A stretch of DNA of 63,584 nt, counting the filler, from Collodictyon triciliatum (lineage: Eukaryota): the NCBI GenBank assembly GCA_043381765.1. It is 7 parts of 7 records of this genome, joined end to end, with 100 filler letters (N's around TTAATTAATTAA, not from the genome) between each part and the next. Parts side by side here need not be neighbours in the genome. Positions count along the whole stretch, not along the records: positions 1 to 9,893 come from JBHJMP010002868.1; positions 9,994 to 19,866 come from JBHJMP010002869.1; 5 more parts are not named here. One strand, given 5' to 3'. Shown in pieces: positions 1 to 12,026 of this stretch (positions within the stretch are counted from its first letter, which is position 1; every line of letters begins with the position of its first letter). Both the position numbers and the translations under genes were made by a program. The notes below the pieces were generated by a model. It ran no database searches. It was not told where the DNA came from and worked only from the letters and a program-made list of their open reading frames with translations.

Positions 1-52
<52 letters not shown>
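1..52. repeat. (ATT)n microsatellite
   Basis: Perfect ATT tandem array at the window start. Confidence 0.95.
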
Positions 53-452
53 TCCTGCGGTTCTTATGGAGTGTGCGTGCATTCTCTCGCTCCAATGATT
101 CACCCGAACGAGAAATCAATGTATCCAGGCTTGAGAGCCTTATGCAATACAGCTTCCTGAACAGCCTGCTGAAACACGCCCGCATTCTCCGCTACTCTGA
201 CCGCAATCGCAGAGAGATGTGGGAATGTGTCGTGCGATATCTCCCAAAGTATATCCAACCCCTGCTACCCACGCAACCAATCAACCAATTGGGACGCCCA
301 CGCCTAACTGAATCGCTATCACTGATTTCATTCCGGTAGTGCCTCTCCACAGTAGTGTCTTCTCTTACTCGCGTTTGCACCCTGCCATGCGCGCCTAGTT
401 GCCCCTTTGTCTGGCATAACCTGCTGCGCTTTGAATCGGATGAAGAAAAAAA
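52..452 (+). mobile_element. 5'-truncated non-LTR retrotransposon 3' end (putative ORF2 C-terminus, 3' UTR and short A tail)
   Basis: Intronless open frame LLRFLWSVRAFSR...LISFR* (52-339) starts abruptly at the microsatellite with no ATG. Its downstream 401-452 (gcccctttgtctggcataacctgctgcgctttgaatcggatgaagaaaaaaa) is clearly homologous to the TSD-flanked insertion at 4301-4371. Confidence 0.55.
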
Positions 453-1838
453 CCTACGTTCATCTAGTTACATGGACTTTGTTAGTCAAAATAGAATATC
501 TCATTTTTCTGGAATATATATTGAATACCAATAATTTTCCANNNNNNNNNNNNNNNNNNNNNNNNNNNNNNNNNNNNNNNNNNNNNNNNNNNNNNNNNNN
601 NNNNNNNNNNNNNNNNNNNNNNNNNNNNNNNNNNNNNNNNNNNNNNNNNNNNNNNNNNNNNNNNNNNNNNNNNNNNNNNNNNNNNNNNNNNNNNNNNNNN
701 NNNNNNNNNNNNNNNNNNNNNNNNNNNNNNNNNNNNNNNNNNNNNNNNNNNNNNNNNNNNNNNNNNNNNNNNNNNNNNNNNNNNNNNNNNNNNNNNNNNN
801 NNNNNNNNNNNNNNNNNNNNNNNNNNNNNNNNNNNNNNNNNNNNNNNNNNNNNNNNNNNNNNNNNNNNNNNNNNNNNNNNNNNNNNNNNNNNNNNNNNNN
901 NNNNNNNNNNNNNNNNNNNNNNNNNNNNNNNNNNNNNNNNNNNNNNNNNNNNNNNNNNNNNNNNNNNNNNNNNNNNNNNNNNNNNNNNNNNNNNNNNNNN
1001 NNNNNNNNNNNNNNNNNNNNNNNNNNNNNNNNNNNNNNNNNNNNNNNNNNNNNNNNNNNNNNNNNNNNNNNNNNNNNNNNNACACGTTTGTTTCTCTTCC
1101 TTATATTTTAAAATCAAGACAAAATTTCATTTCAAAATCCGTAAGTGCAGACAACAATCATTCATGGCAGGAACTGTCATCGCCGTCTGAAAGCGATTCT
1201 CTTATGTAATGCAACGGTGCGACTGCTTTGGAAAAGACCCTCTCTTTCCCACCCGAGGTCTTCTATCATTCGCATCCTTATTGAAGAGAAAGAAAAATAA
1301 TTGTTTCCAAAATAAAATATTTAAAAAAGAGAGGAAGAAGAGAGATAGTAGTTGCAATTCCTTGAATTTTTGCCCCGCCCGCGCGAATGCGTTTCACTCA
1401 ATTGATTTGAAGTAGTCCAAAAACAAAAAACAATCAATGAGTCAAATAGTTGAATGTGCGCACGTGTGCCCCATCCATGCGCGCACCGACACTTGCCTGT
1501 GCAATCCTCTCAACGTGAAGTATATATCTGCAGAAGAAAAAAAAAAGAAAGCAAAAACAAAAACAACCCAAACGAAATGAACGGAGCACCCTTTCCACAA
1601 AGGACACACCCGAATGGAAGAAAAAACAACAACGACAACAACAAAATGCAGCATTTCCTTAAACCAAAACCAAAACCAAAACCAAAACACATATAAAAAT
1701 AAATCATTGGGCCAACACATCTGCGCGCGTGCGCACCCGTCCACTCGGTCGTAACCGTCGCCCGCCTCCTTATGAGCCAACCCACCACCAGCAGGAGATG
1801 GCCAGACGAGCGATATCACCACTTGAATCACACGCTCG

Positions 1839-2024
1839 AACAAACAAACAAGCAAACAAACAAGCAAACAAACAAGCAAACAAACAAGCAAACAAACAAG
1901 CAAAGAAAACAAACAAGCAAACAAGCAAACAAACAAGCAAACAAGCAAACAAGCAAACAAACAAACAAACAAACAAACAAACAAACAAACAAACAAACAA
2001 ACAAACAAACAAACAAACAAACAA

Positions 2025-2075
<51 letters not shown>

Positions 2076-2076
2076 T
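1839..2076. repeat. Compound (AAAC/AAGC)n-(AGAC)n tetranucleotide microsatellite
   Basis: Tandem tetramers; source of the spurious TNKQ/CLFV ORFs. Confidence 0.95.
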
Positions 2077-2307
2077 ACAAGGACACCCAGCGAATAACAA
2101 ACACAAAGACATATAGTCACACGAAGACGCCCAGCCAAGCGCCCAAAGGCACAGACTCAACACCGTACCTCCTCGCAGGCGCAACTTCCCACCGACCAAG
2201 CGAGCCACACACATACACATACGCACTCCCTGGAAGCACAGCCACAACCACAGCCACAGCCACAGCCACAGCCACATCCCCGGAGCCGTCAATCAACCAC
2301 AAAGGCA

Positions 2308-5300
2308 ATGACCGAAGTCAACCCCGTTGCGCAAGTCGCAGCGGCACCTGCAGAAAAGGATGCATCGCCGAGAGTGGCTACCACCAACACAGAACATCCG
2401 CCACTGACCAAATGGGAGCTACGCGCGTGGTATATTTACGACTGGGCATCCTCTGTCTACGCCGTCATAGCCATATCCATCTTTATGTAAGTAGCTGCCC
2501 CCTGTGATGTCCTTCCTATTTCTTCGTTGTGAGTATCTGGCGTGCCTTTCCGTATTCCCGGTGACCAGCTTAGTTTTGGTTTAGTTTTTGTTTGGTCCTT
2601 GCCTTGTTCTGGCTTTGTTGTGTGTTGTTCCGTTTGATTTCTTTGTTGTGCTGGAGATTCAATCGGATGATTGGTTTCATGTGTCTCCTTTCGTTTGTTC
2701 TTCCGCCCTCTACGACAGAATTCCCGCATAATTTCCAGGATTGGCAAATTGACTCTATGCCGATGGACATATGTCTTTTTTTTCTTTCTGATTCACGCGC
2801 TGCCATGAATGAAACAATTTGTTCCAACGCCCCTTTGTTTCCTCTTCTCTAGCACACTGTCCATCCAATGGACATCAGTATTACAACAACAACAACAACA
2901 ACAATTGTTATTATTATTGTCAGTGTTATTTTTGAAAATAGCACTATATGAAGATTCTAAATGTTCTCAATCTCTTTGATGTGTAGGCCGGTTTACTTGG
3001 TTGACATAGCCGAGTTGGAAGCAGGGTGTGACATAGACAGTGAAGACAAATGCGAGGGTTATGTGACGTTGGGCGGATCGCGCATTCGCCCCTCCGCCTT
3101 TGCATTCCATAGTATTACAATATCTGTCGCTGTGCAGGTTTAGATTTCATCTTGCGCCTTATCCCAAACTGCTTTTATCTTGTCACGTTCTGAGAAGCAT
3201 TTAAAGGGCGTGAAAAAATGATAAGGATTCATCAAGATTGTCCTATTCACTCTTTACTCCTCCTACGACTTTTCTAATTTTTTTTTATTCATTTCTTTCT
3301 TATCTCGATAACCTGCTTGGTGGTGCACTACTTTATTCATCGTTTCAGTATCTCTATTATTTGGATTACCATATATATTGAATTTTTCAACGGTAAACGA
3401 AACAAACTAGGCTGTGTTCTTCATAACTATGTCGTCCTTTGCAGACTATGGGATTTACAGGAAGAAGTTTCTTCTATTGTTTACCACCATCGGCGCCCTT
3501 GCCACCAGCATGTATATCGTCCTTGTTGATTCTAGTATGCCATCATATATATCCTTCTTTTTCTACCAGAGCCCTAGCGAGACTGATCATCATACTTTAA
3601 CGAGCAAATGCACCTCATGATTACCATTTCCCATATTTCCATTTTCTGTTCGAGTATTGAGGAAACGCTCATTGATAAGCGTATTTAACTAAAGGTTTAT
3701 GGTGGTTGGCTGGTCTCCTTACAATCATAAGCAACGTCTTCTATGGAGTAGCTTTCGTCTTCTACAATGCATACCTCCCTTTGCTAGTTAAAGTACATCC
3801 CAATGTTGTAGAGGCTAGTCCAGAGTGTAAGATGAAGGTAGAAGAGGACACTTCAAATGAGATTTCCTCACGTGGGGTTGGGCTCGGGTAATAATGAAAT
3901 CACACTTATTGGAATAACTAACATTTCGTTCTGTCTCCATGAACTCTTTCTGCAATTATTTTTTTAAAAATAATATAACATACGTATTCTTACTTATTAC
4001 TGTACATCTAGTGGTGTCGGGGCTGTGTCACTTATGATTGTATGCATCATTATCCTCTTGATTGAATCCTCCATGATGGGAATGAGAATCTGCATTTTTT
4101 TGACTGGTGTCTGGTGGTTTGCTTTCACTATTCCGTTCCACCTATTTGTGCACACCAGACCCGGTCCAGAACTACCTGCCGATGCAAATTACCTGACATT
4201 CGGTTGGGTTCGAGGTTCGGACAATTTTAATATTGCATATCATTCAAAGGCATGAACATGCCGTGTTTTCCTGTTGTCACTTTAACAAGAAACACCACTC
4301 TCCCATCCCGCCCCTTTGTATGTCATAACCTCGCTACACTTTGAATCGAATAAAGGGGGGAAAAAAAACAAAACAAGAAACACCACTCATCCGATCGCAT
4401 CAATAAATAAATGTGCATCCATACCAAATCAACAGCTAATCAATATACTCTGGAAAATAATCAGTTTTCAAGACCATCAAAGATGCTCGTGAATTGCCAC
4501 ACACCTTCAAGTACCTCGCAGCCTTCACATTGTTCTCGGATGGATACAACACAATTGGTTCCGTAGGAGTACTGTTCGGTAGATTAGAGCTCGGCCTTTC
4601 TGAAAGAGGGCTCGTCATCGTCGCTATTGTGGTTCCGCTGATGGGGTTTCTAGGTACTCTGTAATATAAACACCAAAATGTACTACAGTATGAAACTTTT
4701 ATTATACAGAAAGAGCCAATCTCTTGGGAGTTCTCATTTTAAAAAGGTACACATCGAATATAGGGAATTTCTTTTATATGTGGCTTCAGAAGAGATTCCA
4801 ACTTCAATCCATGACCATGTTGAAAATCAATCTTTATTCGATGTTGTTCTTACCGACTTATGCAATGTTCGGCTTTTTCGCACCGTTTGGTAAGTGGAAA
4901 CATGGGAATGTTATTTCCTAAATTACCACAAGTCATATTTTTTTTTTGTTTTAACCTTGCGTTTCTCAAAGGTCTTATTAGTATCGGGGAGTTCTTCGCT
5001 TATGCCATCATTTATGGTTTTAATCTGGGAAGTGCTCAATCGTTCTCGAGAACCCTTTTTGCTGACCTCATTCCGTCCGGAAAAGAAGCTGAGTTCTTTG
5101 GTCTTTACGGGGTAGACCTCAATTCATTCTCGATTATTGAACAATTTCTAATTTATTCAACAGTAGAAGCCGACTAAACTCCTTACCTATACCTTTAAAG
5201 TAAATACATTTTTTTTCGTCTGTGTGTTGCAGATTACCGACAAGGGAAGTTCCTGGATTGGACCTCTTCTTATCAGTGTCATATTGCAAGGTAAATTTTT

Positions 5301-5710
5301 GGCATATCTTAAGTGAAACAAGTCTACTCTTAGTCGCAGTTTTCACTTTTGTGAGCAGCCGCTATCGTACTCTTACATAAGTTAAATAAATGAATAAATA
5401 ATGTAGAAACCAACAGTATGCGTTGGGGACTTGGGTTGATGATATTCTTTTTCGTGATTCCATTGACTGTGTTACAATTTGTGGATATGAACGAAGGTCG
5501 CGAACAGGTTTGTAACCCGAAACGCCGTCTGTTGTTATATTCCTCCCCCAACCACAAACAAAACTTCTAACGAATTCATTCACACATTTCCAGGCCAGAA
5601 AATACAAGACGTATGAGATGTCAGTGCAAAGCGTCGCATCTCCCGGAACACCCGGCACAAGTCCCAAGAAACAGTTTCTTATCGATGTGCAACAGAAGGA
5701 GGAAGCTTGA
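2308..5710 (+). CDS. ATG22: ATG22/UMF1-like MFS transporter (vacuolar effluxer family), about 11 exons
   Basis: Spliced GT-AG exons give ELRAWYIYDWASSVYAV, SSFADYGIYRKKFLL, FYNAYLPLL, NEISSRGVGLG, GVWWFAFTIP, FSDGYNTI, GSAQSFSRTLFADLIPSGKEAEFFGLYGITDKGSSWIGP, which are hallmark ATG22/UMF1 motifs. Last exon 5594-5710 ends KEEA*. Confidence 0.88.
4284..4388 (+). mobile_element. 71-bp retroposed 3' fragment with 17-bp target-site duplication inside an ATG22 intron
   Basis: aacaagaaacaccactc occurs at 4284-4300 and 4372-4388, flanking 4301-4371, which ends in AATAAA plus an A-rich tail and matches 401-452. Confidence 0.75.
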
Positions 5711-6190
5711 TTTCAGTTCATTATCTCGAATACTTTCCTCCCCTAACATAGCACAAACAAAACTTATCTCATGAAAAAAAAAAAAAACTAATTGCTGGGT
5801 CAGAAAGAAAAATGGGTGCCAAAAAAACGCTCGCCCGACACTAACAAGGGAAAAATAAAAATTGGAGAAAAAAATATAAAATCTTGGGTGCCTGCTGTGT
5901 GTGTGTGAGCATTTCCCAGAGGAAACCCATGTAGATGCAGGACGCACACCCGTTCTTCCCCTTTCCACATATGTCAATAACGGTTTTGATCAACTACGAT
6001 CAAAGAGAATCGCCTAGCATCTTTTTGCAGAAGAAACACAGACAACATCACAGCAGCCTATGATCGAAACGGAAAAAAGAAAAAAAGAAACCAAACCAAA
6101 GAAACCGCGATCGAAGAGGTTGCGGAGTTGTGACTCTTTCTTGGGTTGAAGCCGCTAACTTTTGATTGCTTCAATGTCGCCCCATATAGG

Positions 6191-8801
6191 ATGAGTTTAT
6201 ATCTCCGTGCAAGAATGCTGAAGCAGAACGTCCGAGACGAACTCTTCCGTTCGCTAAAGTTCGTAGATGTGACTTCGGTTCGACCATAAAAGAATGCTTC
6301 CATGCATCTTTTTTTTTTATTGCTTATTTGCAGTTGCTTTTGCGTCTTATTTGTACTTGATGGGTAGTTGACCCACGCAGGATAAAAGCCTCTGAGTTAA
6401 CTTCGACTTCGAGTCCACTTTCCATTATTACTTGTTACTTTTTTTCCAATTTTATTTTCACATTGGACATATTCAATCAGAGCTGCCTCTGAGCGCAACT
6501 TGGAGGAATTCAAAGCAGCCATCACCATACAGAGGTTTATTCGAGGCTGCTTTGCCAGAGGGAGAGTCCACAATATGCAGTTACTTTTTTTTTTCTCTTA
6601 TGACCTAGTCTACATACTTGAAGTATCATAGCAAAAAGAAATGACCTCATTCCGATTCATTCCTAACCAAAAAAACAAACAAACAAACAAACACCTCAAG
6701 CCGTGCGGCCACAAAGATTCAGAAAGTTTATCGTGGGTACAAAGACAGAAAGGTTGTGACAGTGCGAATCCGAGATTCAGTAGAGCAAAATCGACTCTCA
6801 TTTTTCAACAAGATGGCAACGCTGATTCAAAAGATGTATGCTCATTCATTTTCTACTGAATATTTTTCCAATATTTTATTTGCATACTCGATTCATGTCA
6901 ATTATATGACATTACCCAGCTTTCGCGGGTTCTTTAGCAGAAAGTACTGTCATGATTATTACGCGAGAAAGCGTTACATAGACTCTGTTATAAAGAAGGT
7001 TGGTCCAAATTTTAATTCCGCAATACATCAGAGTACTTTTTTGTCAAAGGGAGTGATGTCATACCATGCACTTTCTTCTGAATGAGCTCATTTCCAGAAT
7101 ACATTCATTTCCATACTTTTTTTCTTTAGAATGAGAAAGTGAAAAGCATGTTGGAACAAGAGGCAAAAGACATCGAAATACAAGAAAATGTATGATTTCA
7201 TTCAACTGGGTCATACAATCTTTGGTTTTGTTTTGTTATGGGAATCATTAAACTTATACATATGCTTGGTTTGTGTTCAGATGAGGATGCAAGAACAAAC
7301 AGAAAAGGCTGTTCGGGAAATGGTATTGGGAATGCACCATATGATCAGCACAAAAATCACACCCGGTGTTTTCAATTCCCCATACCAACGAGATGACCCG
7401 CCATCCATTCTCGGGTTGCCTATGGAAGAACATTTACGTATGGCCGGGAAAGTCTGTTTTATTCGTCCAGCTCAAACTAAATTCACCGCAAAATTATATC
7501 GCTTCTTAATTGTCAGACAATTATCGTTCTTCCTTTGAATCGAATAAAGGGGTAAAATGATAATTATCACTCCTATCCTCACAACTATAATAATTCTCCC
7601 ATTCCCTCTATAAATGCACCAAAAGGAAAAAGCTGCGCAACAAGTAAAAGATGATGAAGAAAGGTCGAAGCTGCCACGCATTAAAAGTGGATTTTTTCGT
7701 TTTAATTTCAAAATAAACATATCGCCAAATACAGGACATTCTCCTTTCACAGTTGCATTTAATATCTTAACCCACTTAATTCATACAAACATGGGAACCA
7801 AGTAAGTTTTATACTACATTTGTCTAGCAACATCGGACCAGAGGGCGAAAAAAACCTCCAGGATATCTGTCCAGGCGTCCAGTCCATACAGCATTGTCGA
7901 AGCAGCACGTTCAGAAGAGAGAAAGATCGATACGTCAATGAGAGGTCTTTTAGCAACCATATGAATAGTTCTTATCGTTTGCTTGTATGTTTTCTCATCG
8001 ATTTCATTTCATTTCATTCTATATTTTACTTTGCCATTTGTTCCATCGCTCATTTGCTCATTTGACTGGGCCATTTACTCATTTGATATGCCACATATGA
8101 TTTTATAATGCATGTTTGCAGACACCCAGGTCTTTTATGATAATTATGATTGAATGGGACTCCATATGCCCCTACTAACATTTTTTTAAATCTATAAAAA
8201 TAGTGGATAAGCAAGATTTCATTACCGCAGTCAAGCGGGACAGCAAGGCTCCGTTCATAGGCTCCATTAATGACGGTGTTCCATATGGCACGCGTGCAAC
8301 ATTCCGGGAGGTTGATTTATCGAAGTCTATTTCGAAAAAGGTTTAGCCCTACTCCGTACAAAGTGTTATTTGCTCGGATGACGATCTATGCCAAAGAAAA
8401 CAAAACCTCAAAAGCCAAAATGAAATCATCTTCATGCTTTTCCAATTCCTTTTTAAATAGAAAAGCTAACGGATACTTACCTTTTTTTCTTCCTTTTCTT
8501 CCTTTTCTTCCTTTTCTTCCTTTTCTTCCTTTCATTTCTTTTCTTCCTTTTCTTCCTTTTCTTCCTTTCATTTCTTTCACTTCTTTCACTTCTTTCACCT
8601 CCTTTTCTTCCTTTTCTTCCTTTTCTTCCATTTCTTCCATTTCTTCCTTTTCTTCCTTTTCTTCCTTTTCTTCCTTTTCTTCCTTTTCTTCCTTTTCTTC
8701 CTTTTCTTCCTTTTCTTCCTTTTCTTCCTTTTCTCTTTCTCTTTCTCTTTCTCTTTCTCTTTCTCTTTCTCTTTCTCTTTTTCTCTCTCTCTCTTTCTCT
8801 T

Positions 8802-8832
<31 letters not shown>

Positions 8833-9165
8833 TTCTCTTTCTCTTTTCTCTTTCTCTTTCTCTTTCTCTTTCTCTTTCTCTTTCTCTTTCTCTTTCTCTT
8901 TCTCTTTCTCTTTCTCTTTCTCTTTCTCTTTCTCTTTCTCTTTCTCTTTCTCTTTCTCTTTCTCTTTCTCTTTCTCTTTCTCTTTCTCTTTCTCTTTCTC
9001 TTTCTCTTTCTCTTTCTCTTTCTCTTTCTCTTTCTCTTTCTCTTTCTCTTCTCTTTTTCATTTCTTTCACTTCTTTCACCTCTCTAATCACTTTCCTTCT
9101 AGCCTTTCTGCTCAGCGACCGGAAGAAGCACCACGTTTGAGGATGTTATGACAGAGGAGAGCTGA
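6191..9165 (+). CDS. SPATA17: Spermatogenesis-associated protein 17-like IQ-motif flagellar protein, multi-exon
   Basis: Three IQ motifs (AITIQRFIRGCFAR, AATKIQKVYRGYKDR, MATLIQKIFRGFFSRK), then HDYYARKRYI and MHHMISTKITPGVFNSPY, characteristic of SPATA17. Start codon and 3' exons (ending FEDVMTEES*) are less certain. Confidence 0.8.
8478..9075. repeat. Compound polypyrimidine array (CCTTTTCTT)n then (TTCTCT)n in the last SPATA17 intron
   Basis: About 600 bp almost entirely C/T on the + strand. Confidence 0.9.
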
Positions 9166-9893
9166 AGAGACATCGCGCTATAATGTTCATTTATACATTC
9201 TCTCTTCATCACGCACGACGCTTTACTAGGGGAATTAAGGTGGTTGAGCCCTGATTGTGGCAACCTATCTGCTGAGAACCACACCATCTTCATCCCTCAA
9301 GAAGCCTGGACTTCTCTGCCTTCGATACACACAACACATACCTCGCATAATAAAAAACAATCCATACACTTACATTGAGGTTCTATCTCCTGTGGCAGTA
9401 GGGAAGCATTAAGGCCTCAACATCGTTCGAAAAATAGAGACAGAAAAGCGAATGAAGTAAAACGTCAGAGATAAATGCCGCGTCAACTGGGGGTGTGATG
9501 TGTCATCAATGAAGCACAGTTTTCTTCCATATTTGTGATAATCCCCTTATATTCTTCTCTATTTCTTTTCTTTCCTTTACCTTTTCTTTTTCTTTCTTTT
9601 TTCTTTATTCTTTTCTTTTCTTTTCTTTTCTTTTCTTTTCTTTATTCTTTATTCGTTTGTTTCTTTTTCTTTTCTTTATTCTTTATTCTTTATTCGTTTC
9701 TTTTTCTTTTCTTTTTCTTTTCTTTTCTTTTCTTTTCTTTTCTTTTCTTTTCTTTTCTTTATTCTTTATTCGTTTCTTTCTTTTCTTTCTTTTTCTTTTT
9801 CTTTTTCTCTTTCTTTTTCTTTTTCTTTTTCTTTTTCTTTTTCTTTTTCTTTTTCTTTTTCTTTTTCTTTTTCTTTTTCTTTTTCTTTTCTTT

Positions 9894-9993
9894 NNNNNNN
9901 NNNNNNNNNNNNNNNNNNNNNNNNNNNNNNNNNNNNNTTAATTAATTAANNNNNNNNNNNNNNNNNNNNNNNNNNNNNNNNNNNNNNNNNNNN
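9894..9993. other. Artificial scaffold spacer N44-TTAATTAATTAA-N44 (also 19867-19966, 26306-26405, 36267-36366, 46224-46323, 56173-56272)
   Basis: Identical 100-nt blocks containing a 12-mer with stop codons in all six frames. Confidence 0.95.
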
Positions 9994-12026
9994 AAAAATA
10001 AAAAATAAAAAATAAAAAATAAAAAATAAAAAATAAAAAATAAAAAATAAAAAATAAAAAATAAAAAATAAAAAAATAAAAAAATAAAAAAAGAAACCAG
10101 TCCTAGCACTAGAGCCAAAGAAAATATCGAGATACATAAAGATCGAAAAAAAACATCAATAAATAAACACAGGCCGCAGCCCTTAAGTCCTTTTTAATGA
10201 CTAGAAAGGCAGGGAGCAAGCCGATCGATAGTTGGAAAGAAAATCGAGATCTCCAGGAATCATACTTCATACTGAAGCCAAAATGATCTTGGGCAAAAGA
10301 AACTCCTCTTGAACACTTTTTTTCTGATATGAATACTCCCTTCGAATGTCTAGTTTAATCCTATTATTACGCCTTTACCAAGGTTTGTGACTTTCCATCC
10401 ACTCTGGCACATATAATCGAACTCAGAACATGATAATAATCTGCGCTAGTCTGCACAAGTTCTCATGCCTTACAATTATCAGAAAGGAGGAGCGTTGGAA
10501 TTGATTAATCCTCCGAGTCATTGAGCCCTCCTGCTGTAGCGCGCTATTGACCACGTTTCTATCATTTCTTAACTTCCCTCCACCCTTTTTTCTGCCTTTA
10601 GTGCTACGCCCAAGCCGGAGCCCATCGATCATTATATTTTTTTCTCCATTCGATTCAATGCAAGGTTCTTCTCTGTATCTTTCTACAGTCCCACGCATTT
10701 GTTCCTCCGCGGTACAAGGCAATAACGCGTGTTGGATTTGAGTGGGGTCAGATCGCTACCGTACTGAATCCGCTGCTCGTCACTACATACCCAGTATAGT
10801 CGAGAATAATTGCAACTCGTAAAGAGCGGTCACTACCAGAGGGCGCTAACCTGGACTTGACCTAAGGCCAAATATCCCCTGGGGACTTATGAATACTTGG
10901 CCATCCCGTTGAAGCAGTCAACATATCTAATGACGTAACTGATTTTTCTCATCTGATATTTCGTTTTTGGGTATAATTAATTTCATTTTATAGGTACGAC
11001 ATGCATCCCATATTTTTTTTCAACCATCTCTAATACTTTTAAAATCACGTAAACGAGTTGAAGGGTTTATGATAATCGAAGATTGTTCATCATATCTGTA
11101 ACTTTGATTGATATTATTTGAAAAATTCATGTTAAGTATTAAGCCAATATCCCTAGGCAATCGTTAATATTGTGAATCCTAGTATTTAATTTGACTGATC
11201 GATTGTTCAAAGCAAATTCTATGAACCTTAATCTATAACTGTTGTTGCAAACTCAAAGTTAATATTTATTTTTATAAACATATCACATTCTACAGTCGAT
11301 GGACATTTAATGATCCATTACTATACCACTATTCATGTGTTAAACTATCCCGATTTTAAATCTTGTTGTGAAGAGCTCATTTTAATTTTATTAACACAAA
11401 ACATGATTTTTTAATAGCCATATCCTTATCTTACCATTACATTCATATATTAACGATTTGCTTACCGATATTATTGTGGGTACAAAGTTGTTCTTTTCAA
11501 ATGATTTTATTATATACTTGGAAATATTTCTTTATAAGCGTGCTGATAAAAATATGTAGGCATCGATAAGTGAAAATACAATATTTAATGAATTTTGAAT
11601 TCAAAGCTTTATTGTCATAGCTTGAGCATTTTTTTTTTTAATAAAATGAGTAGTTCATATAATAAAATACACAATACCCTGAGGTTTACATATTGACACG
11701 AATCGGTTGTCGATGCTCAGACAATTACTCAGATGAAGATTTATTTCTTGATATTATACGATTAAGTTATATGAATTCATGGCTAAACCAACAAAAATGA
11801 TATGGGATATATGAACAAAATGGAATTAGTAACCATATAAGGAAGGAATATACATTAAGACCATTTAAAGTTGATGTTCGACCTTTTAAATGTCATATTA
11901 TCTGCAGAATGAGGTTCAATTCAGAAACTGCTGCGGCTGTTTTGCTGTTGGGTATGTGGCTTTATTTAAATTATTTTATTTTGTTTGATTACTGAACTTA
12001 AGTAGTATTACATTCTTGGCTATATA

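Noticed and set aside
1442-2292. Long ORFs such as CLFV/TNKQ, and likewise FS/RE (8270-9151), MYVC/HTYI (14694-15367, 20217-21000), poly-N/I/L/T and X-filled ORFs
   Set aside because: They are translations of microsatellites or N gaps, not genes.
10190-10930. Possible decayed transposon or endonuclease remnant, or RNA gene, upstream of the WD40 gene
   Set aside because: Only vague motif resemblance, multiple stops, no tRNA/rRNA structure recognised.
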